NCBI RefSeq assembly: GCF_000284115.1
Contig: NC_017080.1
Location: 2,370,001 to 2,402,000 of the forward strand
Length of the DNA: 32,000 bases
Direction of reading: 5' to 3'
From: Phycisphaera mikurensis NBRC 102666
GTDB lineage: Bacteria; Planctomycetota; Phycisphaerae; Phycisphaerales; Phycisphaeraceae
A model generated the notes under the pieces. The model was not told where the DNA came from. It saw only the letters and a program-made list of their open reading frames with translations, and made no database searches. The position numbers and the translations under genes are program-made. Positions 28,151-32,000 of the stretch are shown piece after piece (position 1 is the stretch's first letter; every line of letters starts with the position of its first letter).

Positions 28151-28338
28151 CTCTCCAAGCTACGCAGGCACGGCGAGGGGTGGCGGCTAAACGACCGAAT
28201 CAATTCCAGCCCCAGCCCCAGCCCCAGCGGTGCACCCTCGAGGTCGGATGCCCGAGCATGCCCTCCGCCGCTGCGAGGCGACGCGGCAGCAGAGCCGGCA
28301 GCCTGTGCGCGCCGGCGGGCGCAGCCCGCGGAGCGAAA

Positions 28339-29697
28339 CTAGAACGCCAGCGTCAGGTCGAACGTCAGGCGGGTCACGTCGGGCCGGCCGTTCTCGCCGA
28401 AGAAGTAGGCGGCCTTGCCGCCGACGGTCAGGTTCTCGGTGAGCTTCTGCGTGAGGACCGCGTCGATCTCGCTGCCGTAGTCGTCGCTGCCCTCGTCGGG
28501 CTGGAAGAGGTGGTACGCGACGAGCGCATTGGTGCCCTTGGGCAGGAAGCCGGCCTTGGCGTAGAAGTAGATGTCCTGCAGGCCGGCCGCGGGCGTCACG
28601 AGGAACTGGTCCGCGAAGCCGTTGAACTTGTGGTTCGTGCCCAAGGGCGTCTGGAAGGCGGCGACGCCGTCGTCGCTGCCGAGCAGCTCGTAGCCGGCGC
28701 CCAGCGTGCCGATGTTCTTCACCGCGAGGGCGACGTCGCCGAGCGCGTAGTTGGCGGTGTAGCCGACGGGGTTGTCGCCGGCCTCGCTCTGCGTCGCCCA
28801 GCTCGCCTGGTAGAGCAGGCTGACGCTGTCGTCGAGCGGCAGCTTGCCGGCGAGGCGGACGCCGAAGGTGTCGCTGGAGGCGCCTGCGCCGTTGTCGAAG
28901 TCGAGCAGGTAGGCGAAGCCCGAGAGCTTGCCCGGACTCTTCTTCCCCCCGGGGATCGCGTACGAGACGTTGATGAGGTGGCTGTCGCTCTGGAAGTCGC
29001 GCTCCTCGGCAAAGATCCGGTTCACCTGGTTCACGTAGCCGTAGAAGAGCTGCAGGCCGTCGAGCCCGAGGTCGGTGGTGAAGGTGCCCGCGTCGAAGGT
29101 CTGGTTGTCCTGCCGCCAGCCGACGTGCCCGACGAAGCGCTGGTCGTCGAGCACGATCACCTGCCGGCCGGCCTTGGCGTTGAGCGCGATCGGCGAGCCG
29201 CCCTCACCGGCGGGCAGCGCGTAGCCCAGCCACAGCTCGTTGAGCTCGGTGACCTCCGGGTCGGCGATCACCGGTCGGCCGGCGACGCCGTTGAGGCCGG
29301 CGGCGTTGTAGATGTCGTAGTTCCCGCTGCGGATGTCCTCGAACTCGATGTACCCCTGCAGCCCGAGCCAGTCGCCGGTGAGGTAGCCGATGCGGGTGCG
29401 GACGGTGGTGGCGTTGGATTGCTCGGGCAGCGTGCTGAACTCCGCGTACTCGTAGCGGCCGCGGACGTTGACCTTCACCTTGCCGTTCTTGAGGGCGTCG
29501 AACGCATCCGGCTCGACCACCGGCTCCTCCGGCGGGAGGGCGAGCGGATCGGCGGGGCCCTCGGGCGTGGGCACGCTCTCCTGGGGCAGCTCGGTGATCG
29601 GCCCGGAGGTGGCCGGGGTCTCCACGGCGGGCTGCCCGAGCGCGGGCGTGGAGGCGCAGGCGGCGGCGAGCAGGAGCGTGCGGGCGGGTGTGTTCAT
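28339..29697 (-). CDS. Outer-membrane beta-barrel porin, alginate-export (AlgE-like) family
   Basis: A signal peptide MNTPARTLLLAAACASTPALG is followed by a Pro/Glu-rich linker. The family motifs RGRYEY and GRQVIVLDDQRFVGHVGWRQDNQTFDA are present, with alternating beta-strand pattern and a C-terminal LTLAF. The ATG at 29697 is preferred over the track's TTG at 29703. Confidence 0.8.
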   Translation of the reverse strand: MNTPARTLLLAAACASTPALGQPAVETPATSGPITELPQESVPTPEGPADPLALPPEEPVVEPDAFDALKNGKVKVNVRGRYEYAEFSTLPEQSNATTVRTRIGYLTGDWLGLQGYIEFEDIRSGNYDIYNAAGLNGVAGRPVIADPEVTELNELWLGYALPAGEGGSPIALNAKAGRQVIVLDDQRFVGHVGWRQDNQTFDAGTFTTDLGLDGLQLFYGYVNQVNRIFAEERDFQSDSHLINVSYAIPGGKKSPGKLSGFAYLLDFDNGAGASSDTFGVRLAGKLPLDDSVSLLYQASWATQSEAGDNPVGYTANYALGDVALAVKNIGTLGAGYELLGSDDGVAAFQTPLGTNHKFNGFADQFLVTPAAGLQDIYFYAKAGFLPKGTNALVAYHLFQPDEGSDDYGSEIDAVLTQKLTENLTVGGKAAYFFGENGRPDVTRLTFDLTLAF

Positions 29698-30037
29698 CTT
29701 CAACAGTTTCCTGGGGAGCGGGCCCCGGCGGGATCCACGAGCGCGGAACAGGACGGCCTCCGGCGACCCGCTGGCCGCCGGAGACGCCGTTGTCTCCGCA
29801 GAGCCCCGCGCACGCGGCGGGGCACCGAATCGGGATGGACTTCAAGACCGGCGGCGGCGTTGCCGCGGATCGGCCGTGCGAAGTGCAAACCATGTGCCGG
29901 CGTATCGGCCGGCAACGGCCGCTCCGCGGGCGGCCGGTGCCTCCGCCGCGGGCATCGAGCCGCCGGATGCCGCCGCCGTGCGCAAGGGGCAAGCGGCTCT
30001 CCTGCGCATGGCCCATCGGTCGGCCAAGAACATCTCC

Positions 30038-30276
30038 GGGTGCCACGCCGCTTGCGGGGTGGCGAGGGCGGGAGGTCGCCGCGACGCGGCCACCCCGCAA
30101 GCGGCGTGGCACCCGGGCATCGGGGGGTGGCGAGGGCGGGAGGTCGCCGTGACGCGGCCACCCCGCAAGCGGCGTGGCACCCGGGCATCGGGGGGTGGCG
30201 AGGGCGGGAGGTCGTCGCGACGCGGCCACCCCGCAAGCGGCGTGGCACCCGGGCATCGGGGGGTCTTGGAAGACCC
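30038..30276. repeat. 3 x 68-bp tandem repeat preceded by one inverted arm (26-bp perfect inverted repeat) in the nasS-porin intergenic leader
   Basis: Units start at 30058, 30126 and 30194 (68-nt spacing) and differ by single bases in the loop segment. GGGTGCCACGCCGCTTGCGGGGTGGC (30038-30063) is the exact reverse complement of 30089-30114. The array ends with the hairpin GGGTCTTGGAAGACCC. Confidence 0.9.
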
Positions 30277-30316
30277 GGCTGCTCGGCGCCGCCGGCGGAG
30301 GCACGGATCGCCCGCG

Positions 30317-31558
30317 TCAGCCCGCGTTGGCGGCGAGCAGCTCGGGCAGCGGGACGCGCAGGCGGTGGAGGCCGCAGCCGGCGAGGTAGTCCAGCGGCCG
30401 GGCGGGGTCGGGGCCGCGGCCGTCGAAGAGGCGCAGCGTGGCCTCGGCCACGGCGTCGCCCCCGGCGGGCGGCCGCGGCGCCTCGCCGGTCGCGGCGTCG
30501 AAGAGATCGTCTCGGTAGACCTCGGCGGCGACCCGCCCGACGTCCAGCGGTCGCTTCAGCATCCCCCACCGCAGCAGCTCCAGCAGGAACCACACGGCGT
30601 GCCGGCGGTCCGGTCGGTTGACGCCCTCGCCCGCGAAGACGTGGAAGCTCGCATCGGGCGTGGGCGGAACCCCCAGCGGCTCGCGGCCGGTGCGGAAGCG
30701 CCCGCGAAGCGAGCGGGCGATGATCTCGGCCGGCTCCCCCACGTACTGCGGCTGCGCGAGGATCTCCGCGGTCCGGTCGCGGTTCTCCTCCGCCTGCACC
30801 CAGCGGGCGGCCGCGACGATCGCCCGGATCAGCGCGGCGTGCGTGGCGGGGTGGCGCTCGGCCCAGCCGGCGGTGACGCCGAGCACCTTCTCGGGACCGG
30901 CCCCCTGCAGCTGCCGCTTGGTTATGGCGACGCGGCCGACGCCCTCGGCCACCGCCACCGAGTTCCAGGGCTCGCCGACGCAGAAGCCGTCGAGCTCGCC
31001 CGCCGCCAGCGCCGCCGCCATCCGCGGCGGCGGCACGACGATGAGCTCGACGTCGTGATCGGGGTCGACGCCCGCGGCGGCGAGCCAGTAGCGCAACTCG
31101 AACTCGTGCGTGCTGCCGCCGAACACGATGCCGAAACGCAGGCGAGGGCGGTCGTCCCGCTCGCGGCGTCGCACCTCCGCGAGCACCCCCTCGGCCGACA
31201 GCGGGGCCGTGCCGGCGGTCGCCGGCGCCGCGGCCTCCACGGCCTCGGACAGCGCCACCGACAGCGTGACCGCGTTGCCGTTGAGGCCCAGGCTCACGCC
31301 GGTGAGCAGCGGCCGCCGCACGCCGTTGACGCCCAGCGTCGTGGCCAGCAGCATGGGCGCGATCATCTGGGCGCCGTCGAGCACGCCGTAGGCGACCTTG
31401 TCGCGCACGGCCGCCCAGGAGCGCTCGCGACTGGTGGTCACGCGGAGGCCCTCGTCCGCGAAGAAGCCGCGCTCGACGGCCACGGCCAGCGGGGCGCAGT
31501 CGGTCAGCGGGATCAGGCCGAGCACGACGTCGGCGCGTTCGGGGGCGGAGCGGATCAT
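30317..31558 (-). CDS. nasS: NrtA/SsuA-type periplasmic-binding-fold protein, NasS-like nitrate/nitrite sensor
   Basis: The motifs LGLIPLTDCAPLAVAVERGFFADEGL and FCVGEPWN are typical of the NrtA/NasS family. No signal peptide is present. The start overlaps the stop of the upstream ANTAR regulator (ATGA). Confidence 0.75.
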   Translation of the reverse strand: MIRSAPERADVVLGLIPLTDCAPLAVAVERGFFADEGLRVTTSRERSWAAVRDKVAYGVLDGAQMIAPMLLATTLGVNGVRRPLLTGVSLGLNGNAVTLSVALSEAVEAAAPATAGTAPLSAEGVLAEVRRRERDDRPRLRFGIVFGGSTHEFELRYWLAAAGVDPDHDVELIVVPPPRMAAALAAGELDGFCVGEPWNSVAVAEGVGRVAITKRQLQGAGPEKVLGVTAGWAERHPATHAALIRAIVAAARWVQAEENRDRTAEILAQPQYVGEPAEIIARSLRGRFRTGREPLGVPPTPDASFHVFAGEGVNRPDRRHAVWFLLELLRWGMLKRPLDVGRVAAEVYRDDLFDAATGEAPRPPAGGDAVAEATLRLFDGRGPDPARPLDYLAGCGLHRLRVPLPELLAANAG

Positions 31559-32000
31559 CGAGATCTCCTCGGCGCGGCGGGGGAGGGTTCAGGAGGCGGA
31601 GCGGTCGTCTGCCGAGAAGCGGGGTTGGAAGCCGCAGCGGGGGCGAGCAGCGACGCGGCGGCGAGCATCCCCGCCGCGACCTCGCCGACCCGCTGCTTGC
31701 GGTCCATCGCGGCCTTGCGGAGCACGGCGTAGGCCTCGGGCTCGGTGATGCCGCGGCCGGACATGAGCAGCGCCTTGGCGCGGTCCACGTGCTTGCGCTC
31801 GTCCAGCGTGCTCTTGGCGTGCTCGAGCTCCCGCCGCATGGCCTGCTGCTGGCGGAAGTGCGCGATCGCCACGTCGATGATCGGCTTCACACGGGCGGAC
31901 GCCAGCCCGTCGACGATGTACGCGGACACGCCCGCCTCGACGGCGCGGGCGATGGTGCCCTCGTCCTCGTCTTGGCTGAACATGACCACGGGCCGGGGCA
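31555..32000 (-). CDS. nasT: ANTAR-domain response regulator (NasT-like), N-terminus outside the window
   Basis: The ANTAR helix region is LDERKHVDRAKALLMSGRGITEPEAYAVLRKAAMDRKQRV. It is preceded by the end of a receiver domain (VVMFSQDED...AGVSAYIVDGL). The frame is open to the window end. Confidence 0.8.
   Translation of the reverse strand, partial: PRPVVMFSQDEDEGTIARAVEAGVSAYIVDGLASARVKPIIDVAIAHFRQQQAMRRELEHAKSTLDERKHVDRAKALLMSGRGITEPEAYAVLRKAAMDRKQRVGEVAAGMLAAASLLAPAAASNPASRQTTAPPPEPSPAAPRRSR

Noticed and set aside
28206-28229. Hexanucleotide microsatellite (CCAGCC) x about 4 between the porin and moaC-moaB as a phase-variation switch
   Set aside because: There are only about four copies, the repeat is GC-rich in a GC-rich genome, and no promoter elements can be positioned around it. 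Chance or minor slippage is sufficient to explain it.
28180-31732. Plus-strand ORFs of 813 aa (28180..30621) and 754 aa (29468..31732)
   Set aside because: They run antisense through the porin, the repeat-filled intergenic leader and nasS. They are extremely Arg/Gly/Pro-rich. The minus-strand genes have clear family motifs.

Overview
Very GC-rich bacterial chromosomal segment. Gene content, namely many prepilin-type proteins and an AlgE-like porin, suggests a PVC/Planctomycetota-like organism, but that is inference only. Most of the window is tightly packed housekeeping genes: a CPBP protease, purQ, a Gfo/Idh/MocA oxidoreductase, tRNA-Arg(TCG), sppA, a YdiJ-like FAD/Fe-S oxidoreductase, an alpha/beta hydrolase, pdxJ, glycerate kinase, tadA, tRNA-Ala(TGC), an LpxH-like phosphoesterase, a HIT protein, mobA and a moaC-moaB fusion. 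Three things stand out. (1) An 11.3-kb co-directional operon (14607-25919) follows the canonical type II secretion order E-F-G-H-I-J-K. Its pseudopilins are greatly enlarged (217, 338, 358, 632 and 1124 aa). No secretin, GspC/L/M or prepilin peptidase is nearby, the ATPase N-terminus carries a tandem MshEN-type c-di-GMP motif, and the J-position gene contains a low-GC3 patch. (2) A 1.27-kb non-coding repeat landscape (913-2184) consists of eleven exact-period 46-bp units that grade into 217-bp composite units carrying inverted arms (REP/REPIN-like). (3) A minus-strand nitrate-sensing module (nasT-nasS) is followed by a 613-bp structured leader containing a 3 x 68-bp repeat with a 26-bp perfect inverted repeat. 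After the leader come an AlgE-like porin and molybdopterin-guanine-dinucleotide cofactor genes. Many very long ORFs in the track are antisense or out-of-frame shadows typical of high-GC DNA and were rejected. Coordinates of features not taken from the ORF track were counted by hand and may be off by 1-2 nt.
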